A stretch of 64,000 nucleotides of DNA from Syntrophorhabdaceae bacterium (GCA_963666485.2 CAXXUO010000009.1:1-64000); one strand, 5' to 3'; shown: positions 18,405-28,333, counted from the stretch's first letter. The notes: generated by a model not told the origin, from the letters alone. Numbers and translations are program-made.

Positions 18405-20501
18405 TCACTTGAACGTCATCAGGTACGATCTCAGATTAACTTCTTTGTTTATCAGACCGAGCTTGGTCCTGATATTGTTCCGGTGCGAGTCTATGGCGCT
18501 TGTCGCGACCCCCATGATCTCGGCGATCTCCTTCGTCGTCTTCCCGTCCCTGATAAGCGATGCGACCTCGATTTCTTTCGGGGTGAAGTTCAACTGCCGT
18601 ATCCTGTTGAGGAACGGCGCCATGATCTCGTTGAGGTTGGTGTTTATGACGTCGAGATATGCCTTGTGCCGTATCTCAATCTTCTCTTTCTGCATCTTGT
18701 GCACGTAGGGCAGGATCATCTCCTTTATATTGGACAGGAACATGTCTTCCATCTCCCGCTTGTCGTCTTCCCTTTGCTTGAGCAGGACCCTCAATGCAGC
18801 GTTTGTCTCCTTCAATGTCTCCGACTGGGCAGTGAGCAGTTTTTCATTCTCCTTCAACATGTCCATGGCCCGTTTTCGCTCTGTTATGTCACGGCAACTG
18901 CCGCGATAGCCCCTGAATTTGCCGTCTTTGTCAAAATACGGGCTGCCGCTGCCCTCGATCAGAACGGTGCGCCCATCCTTATGCATGACCGGCAATTGCA
19001 GTGACGTGAAAGGCTTTCTGCGGTTTACGTACCTCTTCAGTTCAGATGCCCGTTCGGGCGGCATGGATTCGTAGGGGGTCTTGCCTATAAAGAATTCCGG
19101 ATCGTGCCCAAGGTATTCAGAGATCCTCGGGCTATTGTATGTCAAAACAAAATGCTCATCCGTTTCCCAGACCCATTCTACGACCGATTCGACCAGGGCC
19201 TGGTACTGTTCCTCTTTTTCCGTGCGCCGGATGATCTCCCGGTTCATCACCTCGGTACGCTCGGCCACGAGCTTGCCGAGGTGATCGCGGTGCATCCTGA
19301 GCTCCTCTTCCATTTTCTTGCGTTCATCAATGTCCTGTATGACGGCCACTATGTAGTCTATTTCGCCGGTCGGTTTCGGAACACCGGCCATCGACAGCAT
19401 CGCCCAGATATAGGTCCCGTCCTTTCGCCGGTAGCGTTTTTCGGTTGAATAATTGGACTGCGCCCCATCGAGAACGCGTTGAAAATTCTCGAGGTCCTTG
19501 GGCAGGTCATCAGGGTGCGTGAGCTTGTCCCAACTCATGCCGAGCAGTTCTTCCCGTGTATAACCGAGAATTTCACATGCCCGGTCATTCACGTCGAACC
19601 AGATCTTTTCCGGCGTCGTTATCACGATGCCTGTGAGAGGCAATTCGAAATAGCTGCGGAAACGTGCCTCACTTTGCTTGAGTCTTTCTTCCGCTATGAT
19701 CCGCTGGGTGATATCGTACGCAAAAACAGCGATCTTGACAACGTTTCCGTACTGGTCCACTACCGGATATGCGACATTGTCATACCAGTATCCGTCCCTA
19801 ACATCCTCGAAATGGACGGACCTTTTGTTTTTAATCATTTCCCGGACCTTTTCTTTTCTTAAACCGGCGACCTTTTCAGGCATAAAATCGAAGATACATT
19901 TTCCGATCAGTTCATCTTCGACGACCCCTAATCGCTCAGAAACAGCCCGGTTGCAATCGAGTACAATTCCATTGATGTCCATCAGGAAGATAACATTATT
20001 CAGCGGGAGATCGAGGAGTGTCCGGGCCAGCTCTTTACTTTCCCTGAGCTCTTCTTCCAGCATCTTGCGCTCGTGAACATCCTGGAATGTTCCCTCGTTG
20101 TACAGGACATCGCCCTGTTCGTTCCGCACCATCCGGACGTTCACGGTCACCCACCTCAAGTCCCCGTTCTTGCGGCGTCCCTGCATCATGTGGTCTTTTA
20201 AGACATCTTTCTCCTTTATGATCTCATGGGCCAGTGCGCGGTCCTCCGGGACACCCCAGATGTCTTCCGCTTTTTTAACATGGCTAAAAAAATCTTCGCG
20301 GGAGTCATACCCGAGGATGGCCGCAGCTGCGGGGTTGATGTCGACGATCTCCCCTTCCAGCGTGATGCGGAACATACCCTCGACCATATCGTCGATAATG
20401 TTCCGGTAATCCCCGGCCCGTTTCCGCAACGCTGCCTGCTCTTCTTCCATTTCGGCCAGGCGGCCCTTCAGCGCCGGGATGTCGTCATTAACGTTTTTCA
20501 T
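18405..20501 (-). CDS. Multi-PAS (four) one-component regulator with LuxR-type HTH
   Basis: Repeated PAS/PAC motifs (e.g. THPDD, RRKDGTYIW, DIDERK, DITERK); C-terminal FTPKEIEVASLIRDGKTTKEIAEIM..AIDSHRNNIRTKLG. Confidence 0.9.
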   Translation of the reverse strand: MKNVNDDIPALKGRLAEMEEEQAALRKRAGDYRNIIDDMVEGMFRITLEGEIVDINPAAAAILGYDSREDFFSHVKKAEDIWGVPEDRALAHEIIKEKDVLKDHMMQGRRKNGDLRWVTVNVRMVRNEQGDVLYNEGTFQDVHERKMLEEELRESKELARTLLDLPLNNVIFLMDINGIVLDCNRAVSERLGVVEDELIGKCIFDFMPEKVAGLRKEKVREMIKNKRSVHFEDVRDGYWYDNVAYPVVDQYGNVVKIAVFAYDITQRIIAEERLKQSEARFRSYFELPLTGIVITTPEKIWFDVNDRACEILGYTREELLGMSWDKLTHPDDLPKDLENFQRVLDGAQSNYSTEKRYRRKDGTYIWAMLSMAGVPKPTGEIDYIVAVIQDIDERKKMEEELRMHRDHLGKLVAERTEVMNREIIRRTEKEEQYQALVESVVEWVWETDEHFVLTYNSPRISEYLGHDPEFFIGKTPYESMPPERASELKRYVNRRKPFTSLQLPVMHKDGRTVLIEGSGSPYFDKDGKFRGYRGSCRDITERKRAMDMLKENEKLLTAQSETLKETNAALRVLLKQREDDKREMEDMFLSNIKEMILPYVHKMQKEKIEIRHKAYLDVINTNLNEIMAPFLNRIRQLNFTPKEIEVASLIRDGKTTKEIAEIMGVATSAIDSHRNNIRTKLGLINKEVNLRSYLMTFK

Positions 20502-20536
20502 GGCGATCCTCAATCAAAAAAATCGAAAGCCCCGAT

Positions 20537-20584
20537 ATGGGGCTGGGCACCATAGTATCAATGGGGCTGGGCACCATAGTATCA
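20537..20584. repeat. Perfect 24-bp tandem duplication in a divergent promoter region
   Basis: ATGGGGCTGGGCACCATAGTATCA x2. Confidence 0.9.
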
Positions 20585-20622
20585 CAATTAAACGTCCACA
20601 GGGAAGCGGTAAATGAAGAACC

Positions 20623-20676
20623 ATACAAAATTGGCCCAAAGGCAAAAACAGGTTGAAATTGGTACAAAATTGTTAC
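20623..20676. promoter_or_regulatory. Candidate autoregulatory sites of the sigma-54 activator (TACAAAATTG motif x2)
   Basis: TGGTACAAAATTGT at 20660-20673 is the exact reverse complement of 33272-33285; related ATACAAAATTGG at 20623-20634. Confidence 0.6.
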
Positions 20677-20715
20677 ATATTAGTGGCAGGGCCTTTCGGG
20701 CCCACGGGAGTTTAT

Positions 20716-22236
20716 GTGAGCATCCACAGTTACGAAGAATTAGCCGCACTGCATGCAATAGCGAAGCTCCTCGCCCAGCCTACAGACCTGCGTGACGAAC
20801 TGGACCAGATACTGAACGAGATGCATATCCGCCTCGGAATGCAGCGGGGCATGATATCGCTTTTCGACCGCGAAAAGAACGAGGTCTGGCTCGACATCGC
20901 CCACGACGTCAATATCGAGGGGATGGACGTGACGTATAAGCCGGGGGAAGGCATAACCGGCGAGGTCGCCCAGTCGGGGCGCCCCATGGCCGTCGCGAAC
21001 CTCGGGCACGCGAAGCACTTTCTCGACAGGACCGGTGCGCGCCGCCACCTCAACCGTTCCGAGCTTGCATTCTTATGCGTCCCGATCATGTATGATAACC
21101 AGGTGGTCGGGGTCCTCTCCGCCGACAAGGTCGCGCGGGAGGTCGAAGACCTCGACAAAGAGCTCGCCATGCTTTCCGCGGTCGCGCAGCTCATCGCGAA
21201 ATCCGTGCACATACGCGCCCTGGAGGAAGAGAACAAGCGGCTCAAAAAACTCGTCGGGCTCCCCCGCCCTCCGTCACTCGATATAATCGGCCATTCAAAG
21301 GTCATGCAGGATATCTTCGCACTTGTCTCCCAGGTTGCCGACTCGAAGACAACGGTTCTGATAGGAGGAGAGACCGGGACCGGAAAAGAACTGATCGCCC
21401 AGGCGATCCATATGAACTCCCCCCGGAAAAAGGGGCCCTTCGTGCAGGTCAACTGCGCCGCAATCCCTGATACCCTCATCGAGAGCGAACTCTTCGGTCA
21501 CGAAAAAGGCGCATTCACCGGTGCCCTTCACCAGCGAAGGGGCAGGTTTGAAGAAGCAAACAACGGCACGATCTTCCTTGACGAGGTCGGTGAGCTTTCC
21601 GCGGCGGCGCAGGTAAAACTCCTTCGCGTCCTGCAGGAAAAACGGTTCCAGCCGCTCGGCTCGTCCCGGGTTGTGACCGTCAACGTCCGTATCATCGCGG
21701 CAACCAACAGGGACTTAGAGCAGGACATCCAGGGCGATCGCTTCAGGGCCGACCTGTATTATCGCCTCAACGTTTTCCCGATCTACATGCCGCCGCTCCG
21801 CGAACGCGGCAGCGACATTATCCTTCTCGCCGACCATTTCGTCCTGAAATACGCACGGGAGATGGGCAAGGATGTACGAAACATCTCCACCGCCGCGATA
21901 GAGGCCTTCCTCGCGCACAAATGGCCCGGAAACGTCCGTGAACTGGAGAACTGCATCGAGCGGGCCGTGCTGCTCACGAACACCAACACGGTCGACATCA
22001 TGCACCTGCCGCCCTCCCTGCAGGTCAAGGGGACGAACGGGGACAGGAAAGACTCCGGCAAGCTCTCATCCCTCGTCGAGGCCCAGGAGCGGGCACTCAT
22101 CATCGACATGCTCGAAACGACCGGCGGCAATCAGACCCAGGCCGCCAAGATGCTCGGCACCACGAAGCGTATCATTCAGTACAAGATATCGAAACTCGGT
22201 ATCGATCCGAAAGGGTTTAAGAAAAGCAAAAAGTAA
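20716..22236 (+). CDS. Sigma-54-dependent enhancer-binding protein, GAF-AAA-HTH (NifA-like architecture)
   Basis: [78 protein letters not shown] before GTG 20716. Confidence 0.93.
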   Translation: MSIHSYEELAALHAIAKLLAQPTDLRDELDQILNEMHIRLGMQRGMISLFDREKNEVWLDIAHDVNIEGMDVTYKPGEGITGEVAQSGRPMAVANLGHAKHFLDRTGARRHLNRSELAFLCVPIMYDNQVVGVLSADKVAREVEDLDKELAMLSAVAQLIAKSVHIRALEEENKRLKKLVGLPRPPSLDIIGHSKVMQDIFALVSQVADSKTTVLIGGETGTGKELIAQAIHMNSPRKKGPFVQVNCAAIPDTLIESELFGHEKGAFTGALHQRRGRFEEANNGTIFLDEVGELSAAAQVKLLRVLQEKRFQPLGSSRVVTVNVRIIAATNRDLEQDIQGDRFRADLYYRLNVFPIYMPPLRERGSDIILLADHFVLKYAREMGKDVRNISTAAIEAFLAHKWPGNVRELENCIERAVLLTNTNTVDIMHLPPSLQVKGTNGDRKDSGKLSSLVEAQERALIIDMLETTGGNQTQAAKMLGTTKRIIQYKISKLGIDPKGFKKSKK

Positions 22237-22251
22237 AAGGCTAAAAGACAT

Positions 22252-22622
22252 CCTCTCGCCCGCTTCGCTCGAGATCGCAGAGGACGCAGAGAACTGCGAA
22301 GGAAAAAGACTTTGCCGGCTGGTCGCGGAGCCGACCACGACCAGCCGGCACTTTCGTCGGCTTCGCCGAGGAAAAGAAAAAAACAATACAAGGAAATTAA
22401 TAGACCAAGTGGTCCTCCTGCCTGAAGGGCAGGATCGAAGATGCCGCCCTGATAGCCGGGTACCCGTCTCAGAGCTTGCTAAGGCGGGTGGCAATGGTCA
22501 GCTCCAAGCTCCCGCGGCCTCCGCCTTTCTCCGTGAGTTCTGTGAACTCGAGATAGGAGCACTGATAGCCGGGTACCCAACTTCCGAGCTTGCTAATGTT
22601 GGGTGGCAACGAACGGGCGAGG
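22252..22622. mobile_element. Putative MITE-like element with nested hairpin modules
   Basis: Left end CTCGCCCGCTTCGCTCGAG...CGCAGAGAA complementary to a split right end (22527-22552 and 22610-22621); internal hairpins at 22313-22350; two related ~47-bp modules at 22449-22494 and 22562-22609. Confidence 0.55.
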
Positions 22623-22679
22623 AAGGTACGCCTCTCGCCGTTAATGATTGATGACATGATGAACGACTGCCCCCCCTAC

Positions 22680-23037
22680 CGTCATCCCGGTGCCTGACAC
22701 CGGGATCCAGTGTCTTTGTCTTTGTTTCTTGGTTTCGGGTTTACGTAACCCGGGGACCCGGCAATAATTTAAAGACGGGCAGTACGAAACAGAAGGCAAA
22801 CCTTGGATCCCGGTGTCAAGCACCGGGATGACGACGAGTGGTGGGGGATGACGAGGAGCGGTTAAGAACCAGGATATGGTCATCTTTTATTGATCCATCA
22901 GCCGCTAACGGCTAACGGAGAAGAACCAAATACAGGTCAGGTTGCGATCAAAGACGCTGGATTCCGGCTTCCGCCGGAATGACGACCGGGGAAAGATGCC
23001 GTTAGCCGTTAGCCGTTAGCCGTTAGCCGTCAGCCGT
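22680..23037. repeat. REP-like hairpin cluster plus inverted GGCTAAC/GTTAGCC heptamer arrays
   Basis: Hairpins at 22680-22710, 22804-22833, 22958-22984; arrays at ~22903-22918 and ~22998-23037. Confidence 0.85.
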
Positions 23038-23044
23038 ACGCCGT

Positions 23045-25627
23045 TCAGTTAAAGAAGCAAATCATTTTCTGTTCGACGATCGTCGAGGCGAGGACGAGTT
23101 TTTTCTTGCTTACGTCGTAAACACGGACGATGTCGGCGAATTCCCCGCCTCCGGGAACCAGCTCTTCGAGGATGTTCGGCAGGGCTTTCAGCAGCGAGAG
23201 GTTGAATATGACGTCCTCCTGCTCGGGATAGATGGCCATGTAAAAGATATCCATTTCGACCATGTCCTGGAAGAAATGCGTTCCAAAGGACAGATCCGGT
23301 ATCAGGCTTCCTTCCTTGTAGGCTATCTCGGCTATCGCGGCGACGTTGTTGATCTCGGAGAACGTCACGGGCACGCCCATCGCCGGTGTGGTTGTTCCCC
23401 ACCTGCCGGGGCCGAAAAGTATCGTCGGCATCTCTTCCCTGCCGGGTATCGTCTTGTTTATCTTGCCGACAAGCCGGGCGACGCTGTATTTTTGGGACAA
23501 CTGGAGGCCGGTGTAGCCTTTCGGGTCGACGTAGATGATGCGCGCGATGTTTTTTTGCACGCTGCCGCCCATGAAATTGCCTTCCTGCCTGACCAGTATC
23601 TTGTTCTTCTTGATATTTGCCGGTATCTCCGCGGGCGTGTAATCTTCCTTTGTCTGGAACGGGCGGCACTGCAGGAGGTTTACCTGGATCTTGCCGTCAA
23701 GGTTGAAGTTTGCGGTGAATTCGATATCGACCGGGTAATCGTAAACCCCTTCCAGTCTCTTGAGCATTTTAGACATAAGCCCGGGGAACTCTGTCGAAGA
23801 GAGCAATTCGTCAAACGTCAGCACCCAGATGTCCTTGAATTTCCCCTGGGACCGCATTCTTTCGCTCGCTTCGCTGTCGCGGGTCGCAATGAGGTCGAGG
23901 TGGGCATCGAATCCGTCGGAGAGAACATCGATGGATGGCAGGGATTCGAAAAGGTTTTCCTCGAGGTTCAAAACGTCAACGTAATGCTGGGAAAAACGCG
24001 CTGTCTCCTGCGGCTTGACGTTCGGCTTGATCGAAGGGTTGTCGAGCGCAACGATGCGGGGGTAGTCATTCTCGATCCGGTTGACGGCCCGGGTGCCGAG
24101 CCCGAAGACGAGCCTGAGCATCCCTGCCCTCGGATCGAGGCCCTTCTGCCAGACGAAGGTATTGTACGAGAGCCCGACGCCCGCCAGTTCGGGGAAGAAA
24201 TAGTATTTCCGGTGCGAACCGGAGACGCGCTGGACGAGAAGCGCCATCTGCTCGTCCTGCTGGTCGAGGCCTCTCTGGAGACGGTACGTCAGGGCGTCCA
24301 CGTTCATGGTGCTGGCAAATATCTTTTTGACCGTCTCTTCAAATTTCTCGAAACGCTCTTCGGGCGAACCCTGGTTCGCACAGAAATAGCTTTCGTACTT
24401 TCCGGCAAAGGCATTGCCGAATGCATCCTCGAGAAGGCTGCTCGACCGGACGATTATCGGCGATTGCCCGAAATATTCCAGCATAAGCTGGAAAGGCTCC
24501 AGGACCTCTTCCGGAAATTTCCCTTTCAGCATCTTCTCTTTGAGCTCGACCGCGCTCTCGAAATAGTTCTCGGGAGTTTTATGCGCCATGAGCGTCCGCC
24601 ACAGGCCGTTCTGGACGATGAAGGAGTAGAAGACATCGGACCCGATATAGAACGAGTCGTGCATTTCGAGGTGCCCCGGCCAGTCGAATGCCGGGTCTTT
24701 CCGCAGGATGTTGCGCGACAGCAGCATGCCCGTCGATTTGCCGCCGATGAAACCGGTCCCGATAAGGCGCTCCTTTATCTCGATCAGGTCTTCCAGCGTG
24801 AAATATTGCCTGATGAGGGACAGCATCCTCTTTTCCTTGCTGATCATGACGCGCGAGAGCTTCTCGACCATCGCCCTCTTCTCTTCGCTGTCGGGCGCGT
24901 CGAGCATTTCCTTCGCCTCGATGAATATCCTGTCCCAGTAGTCGAGGTTCCTTTCCGGCCCGGATGTGGCGGCCAGGTTAAGGTAAGAAAATATGTTCGA
25001 TGCGTCGGCGCTGTTAAGGATGGGGACAAAATCGTCACCTTCCATGAGGTGGGGAAGGAACATGGTCGGAGAGTAGCGCTGCCAGGCCTTTATCGGGTGC
25101 ACGCACAGCTTGCCTTGATAATTGTACACATCGAGAAGGACCTGCGTCGTTTCCCTGATCCGGGCTATCGTCTTGAAGGAATGCCGGTTGCGCAGGATCG
25201 AAAAATAGGCGACCGTGTTCAGCTCGAAAAGGTACGGGCACGTGATCACGAAAAAGTTCCCGATCATGAGGTCCGTCGCCCATGTCAGGAGGAGGTCGGA
25301 CAGGCAGTCGAAGACGTAGAAGACGTCGCGGCCTTCCTGCCTGATGATGTAGTGGACCTGCGTGGAGAAGGATTCGAAGCCGATGTCCGCGTTGAGCTTG
25401 TAGATGACGACCTGCCCGCTCGATTCCACGATCGGGGGGTGCTGCGCGAACCGCATGTAGACGACGCGCCGCCCTTTTTCCAGGGCTTCCTTTATGTACG
25501 GGTCGACGAATCTCCTGTAATCGGCGATATCCTCGACCTGGAAGACGACATTGTCGCCCATCTGGAGATAATTCAAGGTTTTATCGAGGCCGCTGATACC
25601 GGTCGAGACCCCGGATAAAGGCTTCAT
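23045..25627 (-). CDS. PEP synthase/PPDK nucleotide-binding (PEP/pyruvate-binding) domain protein with degenerate KaiC/RecA-like N-terminus
   Basis: STGISGLD start; IGGKSTG, IVRSSSLLEDAFGNAFAGKYES, MALLVQ, GLGTRAV, PVDIEF, LLQCRP. Confidence 0.85.
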   Translation of the reverse strand: MKPLSGVSTGISGLDKTLNYLQMGDNVVFQVEDIADYRRFVDPYIKEALEKGRRVVYMRFAQHPPIVESSGQVVIYKLNADIGFESFSTQVHYIIRQEGRDVFYVFDCLSDLLLTWATDLMIGNFFVITCPYLFELNTVAYFSILRNRHSFKTIARIRETTQVLLDVYNYQGKLCVHPIKAWQRYSPTMFLPHLMEGDDFVPILNSADASNIFSYLNLAATSGPERNLDYWDRIFIEAKEMLDAPDSEEKRAMVEKLSRVMISKEKRMLSLIRQYFTLEDLIEIKERLIGTGFIGGKSTGMLLSRNILRKDPAFDWPGHLEMHDSFYIGSDVFYSFIVQNGLWRTLMAHKTPENYFESAVELKEKMLKGKFPEEVLEPFQLMLEYFGQSPIIVRSSSLLEDAFGNAFAGKYESYFCANQGSPEERFEKFEETVKKIFASTMNVDALTYRLQRGLDQQDEQMALLVQRVSGSHRKYYFFPELAGVGLSYNTFVWQKGLDPRAGMLRLVFGLGTRAVNRIENDYPRIVALDNPSIKPNVKPQETARFSQHYVDVLNLEENLFESLPSIDVLSDGFDAHLDLIATRDSEASERMRSQGKFKDIWVLTFDELLSSTEFPGLMSKMLKRLEGVYDYPVDIEFTANFNLDGKIQVNLLQCRPFQTKEDYTPAEIPANIKKNKILVRQEGNFMGGSVQKNIARIIYVDPKGYTGLQLSQKYSVARLVGKINKTIPGREEMPTILFGPGRWGTTTPAMGVPVTFSEINNVAAIAEIAYKEGSLIPDLSFGTHFFQDMVEMDIFYMAIYPEQEDVIFNLSLLKALPNILEELVPGGGEFADIVRVYDVSKKKLVLASTIVEQKMICFFN

Positions 25628-25687
25628 AATTCACCGCCGGTGCTTCTGCCGGCCGCCTTGAGCGGCCGGTTTTTCAAGGCGCTCATA

Positions 25688-28318
25688 CTAACATGTTTCG
25701 CTGAGGCCGTCATTTTCTTTCTTGACGGCCGGCGCGATCCGGGGACGTATCTTCCTGTAGACGTCCTTCGGGTCCTTCTTGGCTCCATCAACGGTGAGCA
25801 GCCTGTCTATCGTTATGCCGAAAAGTTTCTCGTTCTCCTTGAGATATGATTCGATGAGTCCCCAGTCAGCATCGGTGAGCGGTGCATATTCGCCGCCGTT
25901 CAATTGCTCGTCGACCAGTTTTTTCCGCGGGTCGCGGACATAGATCGCCCCGCCGGAGGCGAGCGAAAAGATGTTCGACCCGGGGTACGGCGTATCGTAT
26001 TCGGCAATGGAACCGTCCTCGTCGTTGAAGCCGATCCCGTTAAGAATAACAAACCCGCCGCCATTCAACGGGTCGCCCGCCATGAAGGACTCGGCAAGAT
26101 AGTCGAGCGCCGTGCCGTTGATGACGACCCGGGGCCTTCCGACCGCGTTGATGAGCGGTCTTCCGGCGGCGTTGCCCATGATATAGGCGGACCCGCCCTT
26201 CGCACCGTACATGAATGTCTGGCCGACGTCGCCGAAGACGACGAGCTTTCCGTCTTTCATGATCTGGCAGAGCTGGTCCTGCGCGTTGCCGTGGACGTAG
26301 ATCTCCATCCCGTCGATGCCGGACGCCAGGTAATCGCCGGACGAGCCGTACACGTCGATCCTGACATCCTCGGTGGCCGGCCCGAACCCGCAGCCCGTAA
26401 AGCGCTGGCCGCGGTACTTGTAAACGATGAACCGCCTCCAGCCGAGTTTGAATGCCTTCACTATTGTCACCGCGTCGCAGTCATCGCCCTCGGGCTCGAA
26501 ATGCTCGGCGTCGATGACGAGTATCTTTTCGTCACCGCCCGGTGCGCGGACATCGCCCCTCGTCTCAAAGTTGATCCGGCTGAAAAGCCCGCTGCCCGGT
26601 CCGGTTATGATCGGGACGGCGTCGAGGATGGAATCCAGGGCGATCTTCACAAGGTGCTGCAGTGAGCTTCTTTTTATCGAACCGGTGTTGAACCTGCGGT
26701 CCCAGAGCAGTGTGAGCGCTTCGATCGCCGCCTGGCGGCAGTCATCGCTTTTTTCCGCGTACTTGCGTACCTGGCTTATCGAATGGCGCAGTTCATCCGG
26801 GCTGAAGCCCGTGATGTTGTCCTTCACGAAAGCGAAAAGTTTCTCGGCGATCACCGTGCTGTCGCTCGTCGAGAAGAGCCTGTCCAGGTCGTCCGCCTTT
26901 CCGAAGCTGCCGCTGACGGCTATCGGTTTCGTCACGTCGCAGATCTGTTTGTCCTTCGGGGTTTCAATGACCTTGCCGAATTTATCGGTGCAGACGAGCT
27001 TCATTCCGTCGTCGGTATCTTTTAAGCTGAAGATAAATGAGCCGCCGTCCGTGTAGCTGCCGCCGCGGGCGTTCCAGTACTTGTCGGCGATAGGCCGGAA
27101 GCGGGCGTCCTCGCGTTCGAGCGAGATGAGCGTCGCATCGATCGCCTGTTTCTCCGAGCAGATAAGCCCTATCTGGACGTCGCCTTCCTGCAGGGCGAAG
27201 ACCTGCGGGCGAAGCATGGCCGTGTCCGTGATGCCTATCAGCTGGAACTGGTTGTTCCTGACGTCGTTGCGCGCGATGATGAAGAACCACGGCCCGTCGG
27301 GCGAGGCATTGACGTGATGGGTCTGGATCGCCTTGTACAGGGCCTGCTTGTCTGCCGGCAGCATGTCGAAGTCCATCTCCGATGTCGGCGCCATGGCCTC
27401 TATAAGATATTCGAGAGGATATTTGTAGACCCTGCTCCACAGGTCGAGAAGAAGTGCAGCCTCTTCCGTATCGGTCAGGAACAGGGGAAAGTAATTGCGC
27501 TGTTTCAGGTATTCGTTCACGGACTGGTAGTTCGCGAAGTCGCCGTTGTGCACCAGGGCCTCGTTGAGGGCGCTGAACGGGTGGCACCCGCCGGGATGCC
27601 AGACGCGCCCGCGCGTCGGATACCGCTGGTGGGCGAGCCAGGCATGCGCCTTGAAATCGTCCAGCTTGTAGTACCTGACGACATTTTCAGCATAGCCGAC
27701 GATCTTGAGGATCATCATGTTCCTGCCGTGGGACATGACGAACGCCTTCTTCTCGCCGAGCGACGCATAATACTGCGTATTGATCCTGAAGCTGTTCTGA
27801 TATACGAACTCGTCTTCCGCATCGCGGCGGTCGAGTCCCGAAAAACCGTTCTTCTCGATGAAAGGATCGAGGACGTCATCCTTCACCCGGACAAAATACC
27901 GGGCGATGTCCGGCGGCCTTACGTCGAGACCGATCGCGCGGTGGTCATCGATGGTGTCGAGTTTCTCTTCCTGATCTATCGTAAAGTACGGCTTGATGAA
28001 CGTGTTCTCTATCTCCCCGCGCACAGACGGGTCGAGAAGCGCGATGTGGAACATGTAATCGTCGCGAAGGACCTCGCGCGACACGCCCATCGCCTCGGGG
28101 ACGAAGCCGACCGCGCCGATCCCGCCTCCCTTTCCGTTGCCCCTGTTGTGCATCTGCACCGAGGGCTCGAAGATGTTCTTTCCCGTCACGGGGATGGAAC
28201 TGATGAAACCGGTGACCCCGCAACCGCCCTCTTCCTCCGTGTTCGGAGCGAGAGGGGGGACCTGTGACAGTATCCCGGCACGTGAACGTAATATTTTTTC
28301 GGCATTGTCCGTACGCAT
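25688..28318 (-). CDS. gltB: Glutamate synthase subunit: class II glutamine amidotransferase (GltB1) fused to GXGXG beta-helix (GltB3)
   Basis: EGGCGVTGF Ntn Cys, HNRGNGKGGG, HQRYPT, HPF, VHNGD, DGPW, LRP; GSSGDYLASG, GDVGQTFMYG, GNAAGR, GGAIYVR. Confidence 0.9.
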   Translation of the reverse strand: MRTDNAEKILRSRAGILSQVPPLAPNTEEEGGCGVTGFISSIPVTGKNIFEPSVQMHNRGNGKGGGIGAVGFVPEAMGVSREVLRDDYMFHIALLDPSVRGEIENTFIKPYFTIDQEEKLDTIDDHRAIGLDVRPPDIARYFVRVKDDVLDPFIEKNGFSGLDRRDAEDEFVYQNSFRINTQYYASLGEKKAFVMSHGRNMMILKIVGYAENVVRYYKLDDFKAHAWLAHQRYPTRGRVWHPGGCHPFSALNEALVHNGDFANYQSVNEYLKQRNYFPLFLTDTEEAALLLDLWSRVYKYPLEYLIEAMAPTSEMDFDMLPADKQALYKAIQTHHVNASPDGPWFFIIARNDVRNNQFQLIGITDTAMLRPQVFALQEGDVQIGLICSEKQAIDATLISLEREDARFRPIADKYWNARGGSYTDGGSFIFSLKDTDDGMKLVCTDKFGKVIETPKDKQICDVTKPIAVSGSFGKADDLDRLFSTSDSTVIAEKLFAFVKDNITGFSPDELRHSISQVRKYAEKSDDCRQAAIEALTLLWDRRFNTGSIKRSSLQHLVKIALDSILDAVPIITGPGSGLFSRINFETRGDVRAPGGDEKILVIDAEHFEPEGDDCDAVTIVKAFKLGWRRFIVYKYRGQRFTGCGFGPATEDVRIDVYGSSGDYLASGIDGMEIYVHGNAQDQLCQIMKDGKLVVFGDVGQTFMYGAKGGSAYIMGNAAGRPLINAVGRPRVVINGTALDYLAESFMAGDPLNGGGFVILNGIGFNDEDGSIAEYDTPYPGSNIFSLASGGAIYVRDPRKKLVDEQLNGGEYAPLTDADWGLIESYLKENEKLFGITIDRLLTVDGAKKDPKDVYRKIRPRIAPAVKKENDGLSETC

Positions 28319-28333
28319 TGGTATTACCCCGTT

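Noticed and set aside
20716..22236. Naming the activator nifA
   Set aside because: The architecture matches, but there is no nif context and the candidate site is not TGT-N10-ACA
712..23037. CRISPR array interpretation of the repeated ~30-bp palindromes
   Set aside because: Copies are dispersed, in mixed orientation, without regular unique spacers, leader or cas genes
23276..25618. Long antisense ORFs (also 29959-31791, 37255-38568, 39033-40400 and others)
   Set aside because: Shadow frames of well-supported genes in GC-rich codon usage; no recognisable motifs
25649..25674. GC hairpin between gltB1-B3 and the PEP-synthase-like gene as an operon terminator
   Set aside because: The T-run is on the + strand whereas the operon is on the - strand, so it is not a canonical terminator for this transcript
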